Below, piece by piece: positions 1 through 11,200 of a DNA stretch of 64,000 nucleotides; within the stretch, counting starts at the first letter, position 1; each line of letters begins with the position of its first letter. The notes under the pieces are model-generated. The model saw only the letters and a list, made by a program, of their open reading frames with translations, was not told where the DNA came from and did not search any database. Origin of the DNA: a virus; the IMG/VR virus record IMGVR_UViG_3300030110_005581; one strand, 5' to 3'. The position numbers and the translations under genes are program-made.

Positions 1-215
1 TTGCGGTGGTGATAATTTCCGAACCTTTTAACCAGATAGAATATATTCCTACCGCTAGAGTCGCAAACCCAACACTTGTAAGAGTTCTTAGAGATGTTTA
101 CCGACATCTTCTTTTTGTGATGATTACAAAAAGGGCACGCAAAGAGGTGCTCATCGTTTGATCGATAAAAACTTCCCAACACCTCTTCTAATATTTCAAG
201 CTTCTCAGAATCCAT
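1..215 (-). CDS. DNA primase, N-terminal zinc-binding domain (partial, runs off window edge)
   Basis: Not in the ORF track. Manual translation from ATG at 215 gives MDSEKLEILEEVLGSFYRSNDEHLFACPFCNHHKKKMSVNISKNSYKCWVCDSSGRNIFYLVKRFGNYHHR. The CPFC..H..SxN...YKCWVC pattern is typical of primase zinc ribbons. Confidence 0.8.
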   Translation of the reverse strand, partial: MDSEKLEILEEVLGSFYRSNDEHLFACPFCNHHKKKMSVNISKNSYKCWVCDSSGRNIFYLVKRFGNYHHR

Positions 216-221
216 AGAGAT

Positions 222-250
222 AATCTAACAGAAACAAAAACAAAAGTCAA
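222..250 (-). promoter_or_regulatory. sigma70-type promoter for the primase gene
   Basis: Minus strand reads TTGACT (250-245), 17 nt spacer, TAGATT (227-222), with TGn immediately before the -10. Confidence 0.7.
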
Positions 251-762
251 GAACTTTTAATATGGCCGGCCATGGCTACTACCCAACTATCAGCTTTATC
301 GTAGCAGTGTGGCTTTACATTATTGTGCTTTGTATATTCAATTTCAATTTGTGGTACGTTCTTGAGTATATGCTCAATAACAACTTGCTTTGCTTTTGTT
401 CCGCGAGGAACTGTGATGCCGCAGGCTTTTCTGGCTGATATTGCTGCTATGTACTGTGGTTCAGTCTGCAATATTCTATATACCAGCCATGACACCACCC
501 CATTAAAACGAGCAAGAGTTGACAGAGTTTTAGCCGAAGAGAATCCAGATCTGAAAGATTGGAGAGATTGTTCGATATATACTCTCTCGATTCCATTACA
601 TTTGCTACAAAGCTCTTTAATATTTTTCTCAACATGTGTTACCTTCTCAAAGAAATTTTTAAATTTTCTAGTATCCCACGCTTCGTTATATATTATGTTA
701 CCCTCGTCATCTAAAACGGTGGCTCCAGTTATGCTTGTGGATACATCTAATCCTAAAATCAT
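247..762 (-). CDS. RuvC-like Holliday junction resolvase
   Basis: 171 aa with ILGLDVSTSITG, VYIEQ and DKADS, matching the RNase H-fold D/E/D catalytic pattern of RuvC-type resolvases. Confidence 0.8.
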   Translation of the reverse strand: MILGLDVSTSITGATVLDDEGNIIYNEAWDTRKFKNFFEKVTHVEKNIKELCSKCNGIERVYIEQSLQSFRSGFSSAKTLSTLARFNGVVSWLVYRILQTEPQYIAAISARKACGITVPRGTKAKQVVIEHILKNVPQIEIEYTKHNNVKPHCYDKADSWVVAMAGHIKSS

Positions 763-763
763 T

Positions 764-1972
764 TTATATGTCTAACTTTACTTTAAAAGTGTATGCGAGA
801 TCTTCAAGTTTTTTAACTGGCGTTGCTAGTTTTACGGTGCCAATTAATTTTCTTTGATCATCGAATATACCTATTGTACTAATAAATGTCTGCTTTTTAA
901 AGGAAGAAGAATAATTGCATATTGAACTGCTTATGGTATTCTTAATTGGGATTGCGCCATTTTCAGAAAAAGATGAACTGCCGAAATTAAACAAACCTTC
1001 AGAAGAAGCGCTTTGATATAGTTTGTATGTAGGGTTACTTGAGTGGTTGAGCATTCCCTTTGGCGCTGTCATATACATGTCTGTGGTTGTAACTTCGTTT
1101 GTGCCCCTAAACTCCATTCTAAAGCTAGCTGATGGCGCTAAATTATTGTCACCGCTATCATTGGCGCCAGCTGCAAAATCACACCATTGAGCTTTTCTTG
1201 TTGCATAGGTGAAATTGTATGTGGCTGGTGTTAAGTCCCAACTTCCGGTTAGTACAACAAACCCCTCATTATATAACACAACGCCGGCCACAGAGTTAGA
1301 GCCGTTCGTTTGTGCGTATGTATCTCCAGCAGTCTGTATTAATTCCCCATTCTTGTTTCTGTCTGTCAATTGAGCGACCATAGCTCCAGATATAAAAAAC
1401 TGTAAGTTTACAGAGCCAGGTTTTATTCCACTGTCAAAAAAGATAGAAGGAATACTCACTAGATTAATTTCTTGTGTGTTTTTATTGCCATAAGAAGAGG
1501 AATACGCATAGTGCTCACTTAAATACGTGTAATAGTTTAAAGTGTTTCTTAGGCCGGAAATATGACGTCGAGTGGCGCCAGAGGCAAATCTTTGCCTGCT
1601 AATGCTAGCAGACAAGGGATAAGAGCCGGTAATAACATCGCCATACTGATAAGATGTGTTGTATGTAGCATCTGTAATGGTACCAATAGAATTAAATCCG
1701 CCATCTTTGGTCGTGAACGGGAAAATTATAGCCTTGACACCACCACCTGCATCTGGGTCGTAAGTGTGTGCGCTCAAATTTCGATCAATATTCAACTCAT
1801 ACAAACTAACGTGGCCGGTCGGGACCATAGTCACATTATTGTTATAGGCACCACTTATGGCGCTCAAAGAGTTTAAATATATACTGCCACTTATAACATC
1901 AAAAACATACTGAGGGTGTGTTTTTAAAGTGTTGCGAAGAATGTTTTTGTCTTCAAACTTATAGTATGGCAT
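764..1972 (-). CDS. Putative tail/baseplate structural protein (paralogue of 1978..3153)
   Basis: 402 aa. C-terminus SSNPTY...FISTIGIFDDQRKLIGTVKLATPVKK...FKVKLDI aligns with the neighbouring gene and resembles the C-terminal half of tail-collar fibre domains. Lies in the tail module. Confidence 0.55.
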   Translation of the reverse strand: MPYYKFEDKNILRNTLKTHPQYVFDVISGSIYLNSLSAISGAYNNNVTMVPTGHVSLYELNIDRNLSAHTYDPDAGGGVKAIIFPFTTKDGGFNSIGTITDATYNTSYQYGDVITGSYPLSASISRQRFASGATRRHISGLRNTLNYYTYLSEHYAYSSSYGNKNTQEINLVSIPSIFFDSGIKPGSVNLQFFISGAMVAQLTDRNKNGELIQTAGDTYAQTNGSNSVAGVVLYNEGFVVLTGSWDLTPATYNFTYATRKAQWCDFAAGANDSGDNNLAPSASFRMEFRGTNEVTTTDMYMTAPKGMLNHSSNPTYKLYQSASSEGLFNFGSSSFSENGAIPIKNTISSSICNYSSSFKKQTFISTIGIFDDQRKLIGTVKLATPVKKLEDLAYTFKVKLDI

Positions 1973-1977
1973 AACAT

Positions 1978-3153
1978 TTAATAATCCAACCTCACGCGCA
2001 GAGTCAACTCATTGCTTGGAGTTTTCTTCAGCGGTTCAGAAACTTTAGCGACTGCTAAGAGTTCATTGTTTGGAGAGTAAAGCCCAACAGTTGTGAAGTA
2101 AGATACTGGCTGAGCGAATGGATTATTTCCTTTAACTCGAATTTTGCTAGCAGTTAGGTACGTCGGGTTGGAAGAGTAATTATAATCTCCAGTGTTTGCT
2201 CGACAGAAATAAATCGTCGAATTTAATTCAGTAGTATTATTAAACTGCACATTGACCAATCTGTTTCTCAGGCCATTTGCAAAAGTATCAATACTAGATT
2301 GTGACAGGGCGCTTCCAATTGTAGTGGTGACGCCTGGGATACCCCATGATGGTGCCTGCACATCTGAATACCCAGTAGCCTTCGGACTGTGCGGGGTGAA
2401 ATTTTTGCGCTCGGATGGGCCATAAAAGGCAAAAGGACTGATAACTGCAATTCCGGCCTGGTAATATATGTGACCCATCGCGGGATTAGCAGCAGTGCCT
2501 ATATCTGTTGATGCCGTATACAACAATCCATACTCTCCAGTTGGCGAGTTTACTAAAAAGCTAGAAGAGGCGCCATGGTCGGCCAGCGTCAGAGTGTCTG
2601 TTCGAACCGACGTAGTGCCACCACTTAAGAAAGTCATGGAGAACCCACCTTTCTTGATTTCATCTTTCGTTAAGAGTCGAGAAAAATTAACAAAGATTGC
2701 TTCATAAAACTTTCTGTTGGCTGCTGTGTGCCCGTTACCGGTATCATTCAAGTTACCGTCTTGGTCAAAAGCTCTAATATTGCCGCTTATATCATAAGGC
2801 ATTAAAACTTGAGCCATTTGGTCATAAATGTTTCTTTTCTTTGTATACTGAGCGGCTGCGGAAAAGGCGGCTTCGCTAATTACTGAGCCTACGCCGGCAC
2901 CATTGACGGTGCCGTCGACGCCAATCGAGGAGGAGGCAGCTAGGCCAACAGTAATATCAAAAATATGATTCGCAGAAGAACTCAAGAACGGATAGTCATA
3001 TACCGACTGAAACATTCCATGTGCATATGTTTTGATATTATTATCAGAGTATGTCCCAGAAGCAATTGTTCCTGTAATTGGAATAGCCTCATGGAGTAGC
3101 GTTCTAGTGGTTGCTACGTCGTTGTTCATAAATGTCTTAAATGTGGTTGCCAT
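1978..3153 (-). CDS. Putative tail/baseplate structural protein
   Basis: 391 aa. C-terminus SSNPTY...YFTTVGLYSPNNELLAVAKVSEPLKK...LRVRLDY. SD AAGGAAGG upstream. Confidence 0.55.
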   Translation of the reverse strand: MATTFKTFMNNDVATTRTLLHEAIPITGTIASGTYSDNNIKTYAHGMFQSVYDYPFLSSSANHIFDITVGLAASSSIGVDGTVNGAGVGSVISEAAFSAAAQYTKKRNIYDQMAQVLMPYDISGNIRAFDQDGNLNDTGNGHTAANRKFYEAIFVNFSRLLTKDEIKKGGFSMTFLSGGTTSVRTDTLTLADHGASSSFLVNSPTGEYGLLYTASTDIGTAANPAMGHIYYQAGIAVISPFAFYGPSERKNFTPHSPKATGYSDVQAPSWGIPGVTTTIGSALSQSSIDTFANGLRNRLVNVQFNNTTELNSTIYFCRANTGDYNYSSNPTYLTASKIRVKGNNPFAQPVSYFTTVGLYSPNNELLAVAKVSEPLKKTPSNELTLRVRLDY

Positions 3154-3165
3154 ATTTTTCCTTCC

Positions 3166-4158
3166 TTATTGCTTCTTAACGAATCGAATTGGGATATCAA
3201 TTTTATATCCTGTGGTTGCACCGGTCACCCTAACAATGGTATCGATGTAATAAAATGTTGTTGCAGTGCCTCCCAGGCTCACAGCAAAAGTACTGCCCAG
3301 CCTTTCAAACAAAAAGGTACTAGTTCTCAAGTTGGTTGATGCTCTAATCTTGAAAGCACAATGTGTGCCTCGGGGCCCCTTCAAAGTTGTGTTGATCAAG
3401 TCAGCATTTTTTGCCTGCTTATCGTCACTGTTTAGGGGTGCGACTGGAGTTGATTTTACAAAATCGCTAGTGGACAAATAGTAGCTAGCAATATTGTCAT
3501 CATCTATAAAAGAAAAAGCCGCAGACTTTCCTGGTGTTTGGCCAGCATCGAGTGCAGTGACATCTGCTGTTGTCAGCGATCCGAGCCTGTTGTCGATCTC
3601 CACAATATATTGATTCTCTTGTAGCTCTGCATCAATCTTATATGCGTTGGAAATCTCTGAAGTGTTGAGGCCCTGGTCTACACGAATATTCGTCAAGTAA
3701 TCATTTTCTGGGGCTCCAGGATTGTCGCCGGCCATGAAATTGCCCAATTTGGCGTTGTTGGCCGCGGCATAAAATAAGTTTGAAGTTGTTTCGTCTACAC
3801 TTACAATAAAAGACCCAGAGCCAACCAGAGAGTTCATTTTTATAAAGCTCTGCTCCTGATTAAGCTTGACGACAGGCAAGTAAAGAATATTATTATTTGT
3901 AAGCGTAATCAGTTTAGATTTCATGTTTGCGGTGTTGTTTGTAAAAGCCTCCAAGATTGGGGTTTGAAGAATTTCTAAATCGTAATATGCTGAGCCGCTA
4001 GCGTTGGCTGCATTATAGTTACCATAATCAATTTCATCATCGCCAAAAGCGTACTTTGTGATCTTAAAAGAGCCATCGCCCTCCGCCAACCTTTTACGCC
4101 CTGCGTCTGTTAGTACCGCATCTAATATGATATCGCCACTATTATCTAAATATGCCAT
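3166..4158 (-). CDS. Putative tail structural protein (paralogue of 12154..13230)
   Basis: 330 aa. N-terminus VLTDAGRKRLAEGDGSFKITKYAFGDDEIDY resembles the N-terminal motif of tail-collar fibre (DUF3751-type) domains. SD AGGAG. Confidence 0.55.
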   Translation of the reverse strand: MAYLDNSGDIILDAVLTDAGRKRLAEGDGSFKITKYAFGDDEIDYGNYNAANASGSAYYDLEILQTPILEAFTNNTANMKSKLITLTNNNILYLPVVKLNQEQSFIKMNSLVGSGSFIVSVDETTSNLFYAAANNAKLGNFMAGDNPGAPENDYLTNIRVDQGLNTSEISNAYKIDAELQENQYIVEIDNRLGSLTTADVTALDAGQTPGKSAAFSFIDDDNIASYYLSTSDFVKSTPVAPLNSDDKQAKNADLINTTLKGPRGTHCAFKIRASTNLRTSTFLFERLGSTFAVSLGGTATTFYYIDTIVRVTGATTGYKIDIPIRFVKKQ

Positions 4159-4180
4159 AATAATACTCCTTTTGCTTAAT

Positions 4181-4187
4181 TAATTAG
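4181..4187 (-). promoter_or_regulatory. Putative late promoter CTAATTA
   Basis: CTA(A/T/C)TTA motif 22 nt upstream of the ATG at 4158, in an intergenic gap. The same motif precedes several other structural genes. Confidence 0.5.
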
Positions 4188-4218
4188 TTACTTTTTGTTG
4201 TTTTTTCAATTCTTTATT

Positions 4219-7200
4219 TTAACATTTACCTGATTTATAGGTATCGGGTTCGCCGCTTGAGGACTCATCTAACTTCTGAAGCTTCGCTATATCCTTCAAT
4301 CTTAAATTCAAGTCAAATTTTTTGCCTGTTTTTTTGCTAGTAAATCTAAATTTAAATGTCCTTCCCCACGCTGATTTTTGCAAATCTGGATCTCCAATCA
4401 TCTCGTCCAGCTTTGTAGTTCCAACAAGGTCAACTGCACCAGCTTTATGATTGATCAGGGCATCTTCATCCAAAGTGCGATTTTCTTGTGATGGCTCTAT
4501 TCTAATATACTTCATGAAACTTTTTAAAGGATTGTTTGACTTTTTATTTTGCAAATCCTCGATAAAAAACATTTTAAATATTGAATAGGGTGCTTCACCA
4601 TCCTTATCGACAATTCGAACCATATAGACGGGCGAAGGGTTTGAATAATTTCCATGAGAATCAACTTCTCTAAAAATGTAATAATAATTTTTGTTTGGAA
4701 TCAGGGTGTCGTCAATATACCCCAAGTTAGACATACCGTCCCCCACAGATGCAATTAGGTGATCGCTGGTGGGAGAAAAGGCGCCATATGATTTGGGCTC
4801 TTGCGCGGTTCTTAAAATTTCTATTCTGCCACAGAAATCATCTCCAGAATAAGTTATTGGTCCTTTAATTTTTCTTTGGCTAATTCTAGACTTTATTTGT
4901 GCGACCTCCTCATCCCTGTTCATAAGAATGTGAGTTTTACCCTGATTTCCGCCGGCGGCGGCAACTGATACTGTGTCGATTGTTATCGGGTAAAGGTCGT
5001 ATTGACCTATATTAAAATTACAATTTATTAAAACTTTTCCTGTTTCCCCCTGTAGTGGGACAAAAGAAACATCAGGAAAAATAGGGGGCTTGTCCCACAC
5101 CAGGGTAGTCTCCAGTGATGTTAAGAAATAGTCACCGCTATAGGTATCTGTTTCCGTCTCTGGAGTATGTACAGTATTGTTTGCGGATGCAATTGTGTTA
5201 TAGTAAGGTACTCTTATCAAGTGCACATCCGGCTTGTAAATATAATTTAATTCAAAACTATACTCCGTATTGAAAATGTTGCCTCCATCCGTCACAATAG
5301 GGTCCCCTACAGTTGTGTTTTGGTATTGAGTCCCAACAACAAATGTATGAGCATAGACTTGGTAATAATACCCCTTGTCATACTTCACCTGAGTGTCGAC
5401 ATAGTTTGCAATGTCTAGGCCCGGAACGTTCGGAATAAAAAAGCTCTGAATAAATGTATCAGGCTTTTGATTTAATTTTTTAGGCTTGGGGCCGCCGATT
5501 GGTGCATAGGAAAAGTTTTCCCCCATCTTTTGTTCTTCAGATTTGCCAACACTGTTTCCAGGCCAATAAGGCGCCTCATCGGTTTCGGAATCTGTCCATG
5601 CCCTATATTTAACAACCTCATAAAATAAAACTTCAGAATGGGCCTTTTTGCCTTGATATACGTCTTTTACGCTTCTCACCGTTTCATTAATAAATTTATT
5701 AATTTTTGTTTTTGCAGACGCCCACTTCAAAAGGGCCATTGCGCCGGCAGAAGTTTTTGGTGGAGCTTTGCCAAAAATAACAGGCTTTAGTACATTTACA
5801 TCGCCCATTAACACTCCGCCTTTAAACTTTTTTATCTGCTCAATATATTGCGCTCCGGATCCATCGCTGTGCATCCAATCATAATATTGAGGGGGCAGTC
5901 CAGCAAAATAATTTTGATGAAGCTGCGCGGTGCTCACGCCTTTTTTCGTGTCGGAATAGTCTGCAGGGGATGCATCTAAGTCTAACAAAAGATTAGATTC
6001 CAAAACATCATTCAACCAAAGGTGCAAAAGTGTTTCATTAAACATGGTGTTTTGCTCTGGTTGTATATCTCCTTGTAGCATCTGATTATCTTTTCTAATC
6101 ACGCATGCCTGTTTAAGTCCGGTTGACATAGCGATGTTTAAATTATCATAAAATATTGAAACACTGCTTTGGGCCGGCTCTTCGTTTGAAACGGTATACA
6201 TGGCTGCCATAACATTTTGCATAAATATATCTGTGAGGCCGGCCTTATACAAAACATCGCCCACATATCCACTATTGGCCATCGGCAAATTAATGTCAAC
6301 GTAGAACGGAAACATCTTTTTTAATTTAGATGCTTCGTCAAAAAAGTCTTTTGTCTTATAGGCAGAGACGCCAACAACATTATATTTTTTCTGCTGGCTT
6401 GAAAACTTAGACCCTTTAACGCTCCCAAGACTACTAAAAAGATCGCCCACAGCTTGCTTTGTTTTATATTTTTTATAGGCTGGAGCCTGTTCGGCGGCGC
6501 CTGGGCCCGCGGGAGTTCCTTCAGGTGCGGGCTTATTAACTTCCCCCATGGTGGTAACCCAGCCATTTAAATAATCAGCAATATTTTTAACGGGACCTTC
6601 GTCAATGTGTTGTTTTTTAGTTCCTATCCCCAAAAACTGACTGAGCGTGTTGTCTAAGAATTTTGCAGTTAAACCGTACATTTCTTTTTGAGGGTCATCA
6701 ACATGCAAGTTTCCATTTTCTTTTTTACAATATTTAAAAACTGATGGAGGTAGCCATGACCCTTGATCATAATACCTAAAATATTTTTCGTCTGATATCT
6801 GATCGTATATGAGAGCATAAATATTTGGCAATTGCGGCTCAGGAATGGGCTGCATCGTTTTTTGCCCCCCTAGAGGAACTTTTATAGGTAAATTGTTTGT
6901 CTGAGGGTAGTCAGAAATTGCCTTTTCATATGGCAATAAATAAAAGTTATAGTGGGCCTGAATATTGACAGGCGAAGATAATCCTACACTTTCATTTAAA
7001 TTAGACTGATAAGCGTTCTCTAGAAATGGCTTTTTAATTTCAAATGTTGCGTCCCTATATGAGCTGTTCCCATAGCTTGTCGGGACGACAAATCCATTTG
7101 ACGGCTGAAAGGGCCAATCTTGATCCAGGTGTACAAAATTTAATTTCGTCCACTTTTCAGGGCCAGCTTCCTCATAATTTTTGTTAAGTGGTATTAGATT

Positions 7201-8001
7201 TTGTAAAAAACTATTATCGCTCAGGCTCATGCCCTTCTGCTTTGAGTTAAATTGCATATGCTCTTTCATCAATTTTAAGCCAGAGCTATATTGTTCGGAC
7301 TGAAAAAAGCCTGATTCCTTTAAAAAAGGATGCACTTTAGAAAAATAAAGACCGTCTTTCCATGCCTGCGAATTTTCGTTTGAAAAATCTTTTAGTGCAT
7401 GTATTTCATATTTGTTAAATGCGTGTGGGGCGCCAGCAGTAAGAGTTCCATTGGGGGATTTTTCCGCCAAATAAGATACATTAGCAGATGCACGAAGCGG
7501 GTCTGCCACGGAGGATGGGGCCGGTAAATTAAAGCTTTCCTGACCTCCGCCTTTAAAACGCGTGGGGTTGCGGTTTATAGGCGACATCAAGATGGCTATT
7601 TGGTTGAGCACAAGCGAGGGCCCCTCAACATCTACAATAATATTATAAGGCGAGTTTAAATTAACTTGCGTCGACATGCCCCACGGTACCCAAGACTCAG
7701 AAGCTATAAAACTACCTTCACCTCCCCAGGCCCATGACGGCAACATAGTCTCCATAAGCGCAGAGGCTGCCTTCTCCTGAGCGACTTTAGATGCAGATTT
7801 AGTCGATAGAGGGCGATATACATCATTGAGAGTCGCCTCTGGATTATCAGCTTCAAGGTCCATCGTCCTATAGGGCGTATTAAACGGCACAACCATAATA
7901 GTAGACTGGGGCACCTTCATAGAATCAAGTTGGTTGTCGGGTTTTTCAAAAAGATCAACCTTTACCATTTCGCCTGTTTCTGGGTCTTTATACCAAGCCA
8001 T
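4219..8001 (-). CDS. Large hypothetical protein, probably virion structural
   Basis: 1260 aa ORF inside the tail module. FN3-like beta segments near the C-terminus (LIPNKNYYYIFREVDSHGNYSNPSPVY). No recognisable catalytic motif. Confidence 0.5.
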   Translation of the reverse strand: MAWYKDPETGEMVKVDLFEKPDNQLDSMKVPQSTIMVVPFNTPYRTMDLEADNPEATLNDVYRPLSTKSASKVAQEKAASALMETMLPSWAWGGEGSFIASESWVPWGMSTQVNLNSPYNIIVDVEGPSLVLNQIAILMSPINRNPTRFKGGGQESFNLPAPSSVADPLRASANVSYLAEKSPNGTLTAGAPHAFNKYEIHALKDFSNENSQAWKDGLYFSKVHPFLKESGFFQSEQYSSGLKLMKEHMQFNSKQKGMSLSDNSFLQNLIPLNKNYEEAGPEKWTKLNFVHLDQDWPFQPSNGFVVPTSYGNSSYRDATFEIKKPFLENAYQSNLNESVGLSSPVNIQAHYNFYLLPYEKAISDYPQTNNLPIKVPLGGQKTMQPIPEPQLPNIYALIYDQISDEKYFRYYDQGSWLPPSVFKYCKKENGNLHVDDPQKEMYGLTAKFLDNTLSQFLGIGTKKQHIDEGPVKNIADYLNGWVTTMGEVNKPAPEGTPAGPGAAEQAPAYKKYKTKQAVGDLFSSLGSVKGSKFSSQQKKYNVVGVSAYKTKDFFDEASKLKKMFPFYVDINLPMANSGYVGDVLYKAGLTDIFMQNVMAAMYTVSNEEPAQSSVSIFYDNLNIAMSTGLKQACVIRKDNQMLQGDIQPEQNTMFNETLLHLWLNDVLESNLLLDLDASPADYSDTKKGVSTAQLHQNYFAGLPPQYYDWMHSDGSGAQYIEQIKKFKGGVLMGDVNVLKPVIFGKAPPKTSAGAMALLKWASAKTKINKFINETVRSVKDVYQGKKAHSEVLFYEVVKYRAWTDSETDEAPYWPGNSVGKSEEQKMGENFSYAPIGGPKPKKLNQKPDTFIQSFFIPNVPGLDIANYVDTQVKYDKGYYYQVYAHTFVVGTQYQNTTVGDPIVTDGGNIFNTEYSFELNYIYKPDVHLIRVPYYNTIASANNTVHTPETETDTYSGDYFLTSLETTLVWDKPPIFPDVSFVPLQGETGKVLINCNFNIGQYDLYPITIDTVSVAAAGGNQGKTHILMNRDEEVAQIKSRISQRKIKGPITYSGDDFCGRIEILRTAQEPKSYGAFSPTSDHLIASVGDGMSNLGYIDDTLIPNKNYYYIFREVDSHGNYSNPSPVYMVRIVDKDGEAPYSIFKMFFIEDLQNKKSNNPLKSFMKYIRIEPSQENRTLDEDALINHKAGAVDLVGTTKLDEMIGDPDLQKSAWGRTFKFRFTSKKTGKKFDLNLRLKDIAKLQKLDESSSGEPDTYKSGKC

Positions 8002-8005
8002 TTAT

Positions 8006-8233
8006 TTAATAGCCTCCTCCGCCACCTGTGTACGCCTGCTCAATTTCATCATAATCAAGGTCGCGGTCAAGATCTGGGCGGCTGCTTACGCTAACAAAGT
8101 CAAAACTAGCCATTTGTTGTTCAAAATCCTTATTGGTCTCAGGAACATCAAACATAAAGCCGGTACAAACGTACTCCGCCCCTATTTGTGCAATTTGTTC
8201 CGGGTTTTTTAAGTCTACTATAGTTAAAGCCAT
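8006..8233 (-). CDS. Small acidic hypothetical protein
   Basis: 75 aa. Fills the gap between two large genes, has a GGAG SD, and ends in YTGGGGGY. Confidence 0.55.
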   Translation of the reverse strand: MALTIVDLKNPEQIAQIGAEYVCTGFMFDVPETNKDFEQQMASFDFVSVSSRPDLDRDLDYDEIEQAYTGGGGGY

Positions 8234-8248
8234 TTTTAAACTCCTTTT

Positions 8249-11200
8249 TTATAAATCAAAATCTCCGCCGGGAATACCGTCTGGAACGCCAGCACTAAAG
8301 TTTCCGCCGGATGTGTCCTCTGGGTCGAAAAACCCAGCAGGAGCAACTGGAGATGCTACTGGTCCAACATCTTCCATCTGAAGCCCTGGTGAGCCGGCTG
8401 CAATGGTGTTATCAGGGAATCCGGTAACATATGCATTTCCAGCAAAATTTTCTACTTGGTGTTGCGTGGTTAAAAGAAAGTGCTCATCATACAAAGGCAT
8501 ATCCAATGCATCATATGCCTTTGTATTGAACATGTCATACCTTCTCTTGACCAATCGGCACAACAAATGAATGCTAGAGCCTTTGGCCGTTGCCTGATCT
8601 ACTGCAATATTAATAGCATTTAATTTTGAAACTGTAAGCGGCTCCCATATGGGCGCGCCAAGAGCGGCATTAAAAACCTCTTCATATCTTTTTTCACCAG
8701 GATTACCGTTTGACACTGGCTTTGGAGCATTCTTAACTCCCTCGTAGCCGGCCAAATATTGAACCTCCACAACGTTCATATGATTAAACCAAAATTGACC
8801 AAACCTATCTATTTTTAGATCTTGATTTTGAATCTCTTCGCTAGATGGTAATATTCCTTGAGGCTTTTCGTAAAGCTGTGGATTGCCGCCATGCAAATAA
8901 TAACGAAAATCAGGATTAATTTTATTTTCTGCTCCGGGAGAAACAAAGTTTTCTAAAGCCACCCTACTTTCAAGATTGAGATTCGCAATCAAGGCCAATG
9001 CTTGATAGGGCAATTGTTGAAGAGCGGCGGCAGTGGCGGCGAGAGCTATCGAGTGGTTTGCTGCTGCTCCCTGTGGCATGCCATAAAACATGTTGTTGTA
9101 AATAGCGTTGACGTGTTTATACAAAGTGCTCTTTACAAGCATTGGATCAAAAGAGCCGAGCTTTGCATCAAGAACTGTTGGGGCAATAAAAGTACCATTA
9201 ATTAAGGCAAGAAGAAGTTTTTCTTGCCCATAATTTTCAGCCCATGGCACCTGCATTGTTTTTATTATCTGGTCTGATGGCATTGTATTTTCTAGATTCT
9301 CAAATGCAACTTCGGGGGGGAGTGGGCTATTTTCTAGCGAATCCCATGAAAATTGATCGTTTGGTGCTCCGGGGATGTCACCAATAATTTTCTTCTTACT
9401 AGCGGCGGGGTCTGCTATTGTATGTGGGCTTATAATAGACGCTTGAGGAAAATAAACACCCTTGTATGCTAGAGTTTGATATTCTTTAAGAATTCTTTCC
9501 ATCTGAGGGCCAATGCCCGTGTTACCATCAATTACATCATTTGGGCCGTACCCTAATGAGTGATTGTTTCCTGTGTCTCCATATAGATCGAGCTTATATC
9601 GAAGAATGTTATTTACAACCATCCAGTATTCATTTTCATCATTGTTTTGATGATCTACAATGTAACTTGGCAAATGAGTTGCACCATTTGGAACTTTGAG
9701 GTGCATTCCAATCTGAGGCATAAGATTTAAGTTTAGCTGCTGATCTGATTGTGGGCCATTATAGGCTGGGATCTTAACAGGCATAACCAGAGGGCCATTA
9801 TTAAAATTTGGAAAATACTGATTAAACTCGTTTAAACTTCTGGCAATGTAATTGCTTGATAATATTGCCTTAAGTCCAATTTCTGCAGTTGTTTGATTCG
9901 GGAGAGGAGACTTTATGGTCCCTGCCAAATATTCATACCCAGCATCAACATGAGTGGTGGTAACTAACTCTGTTGGCTTTTTAAATACATGCTCTACTTT
10001 AATTGCTCTGATCTCGCCCCCAGTGACAACCTGCCCGCCCAACGATTTTTCAATTGGATAGTAGGAGCCCCATGTTTTTGGTATGGGTGCGGTTGAATAA
10101 GAATCAATCACCGACTTCATTTTATCAGCCACTAAAATAAGAATTTCACTGAATGTGTTAAAAGATTCAGGAGTACCGTTTGTTATCGACAAAAGCGATG
10201 TTAAATTGCTAATATTTGTAGCCGGCTTATTTTGAGCCAACATGGCAAAGTTCATGACTGCCATAGCTGCATCAGATATAATATCGCTGGACACTAAATC
10301 ATCCCAAAAACACGCCTTAAAGATTTGAATTGCAAAATTGCTAAACTGCCCAGTCTGAGAATTAAAAAATTGTTCTTGAGCGAGGGGCGTCGTCGCATAC
10401 TGTCCGTTCACAAAAGTGAGCATAGGTTTTATTTTATTGATGGCAAAATTAACTTTAGCGTAAGAATTGATAAAATAATTTAAAGTAGGGTCTTCTATCT
10501 CTACTTCCATTGAATACTTGAATGCCCCCCTACTAATGCTTTTTATGTCATAATCTGTAAAAGTATAATAAGAGACGTGAGAAGAGTTGGCAGATCCTTT
10601 AAGAATTGAATCTTCTAATATTACTGGTGATAGTGCAGACTTTGCTTCAGGATTGTATTCTACAACAAACTCTTCCCCCTCTTGAATATCCGCGTTGCCC
10701 ATTTGGCCTGTATAAAAAATGTTTGGATAGCCGTCATATATTAATTTTCTTCCTGTATTGTTTATGGGATCATTGGATGCCGGCACATCTACTCTTTGCC
10801 TATAAATCTTTAAAGATTTTATAATCGGCACTCCATTTTGAGCTAAAAATTCAGTTGCTTTTGCCCCACCATTTATGTTTGACATTTTGTCTAGAAGGGC
10901 TGGTATTGCACAATTCTTTTTAACTATCTTGCCCCAGTCGATTGAAAACAACAGTTTAGCTTGGCGCTTCGTGTTCACTGAAGTTATTAAATCCCCAAAA
11001 CAAGATAAATTACTAAAGTCGGCTGCAGCGACTTGGTGAAGTTGATTGTTTACATAATTGCCACCAAAGACAATACTTTTCTGCTGTTCAAAATTAAATA
11101 TTTGTTTTTTTATTTCTGCAACTTGTCTAAAATCCTGGACGCTATTATTGTCAATCATGACATAATCTAAGTAAGGATGATCTTGGCCGCTTACATGTAC

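Noticed and set aside
247-762. TnpB/Cas12-like RuvC effector
   Set aside because: Only 171 aa, with no zinc finger or REC region and no array or transposon ends. It fits a stand-alone resolvase.
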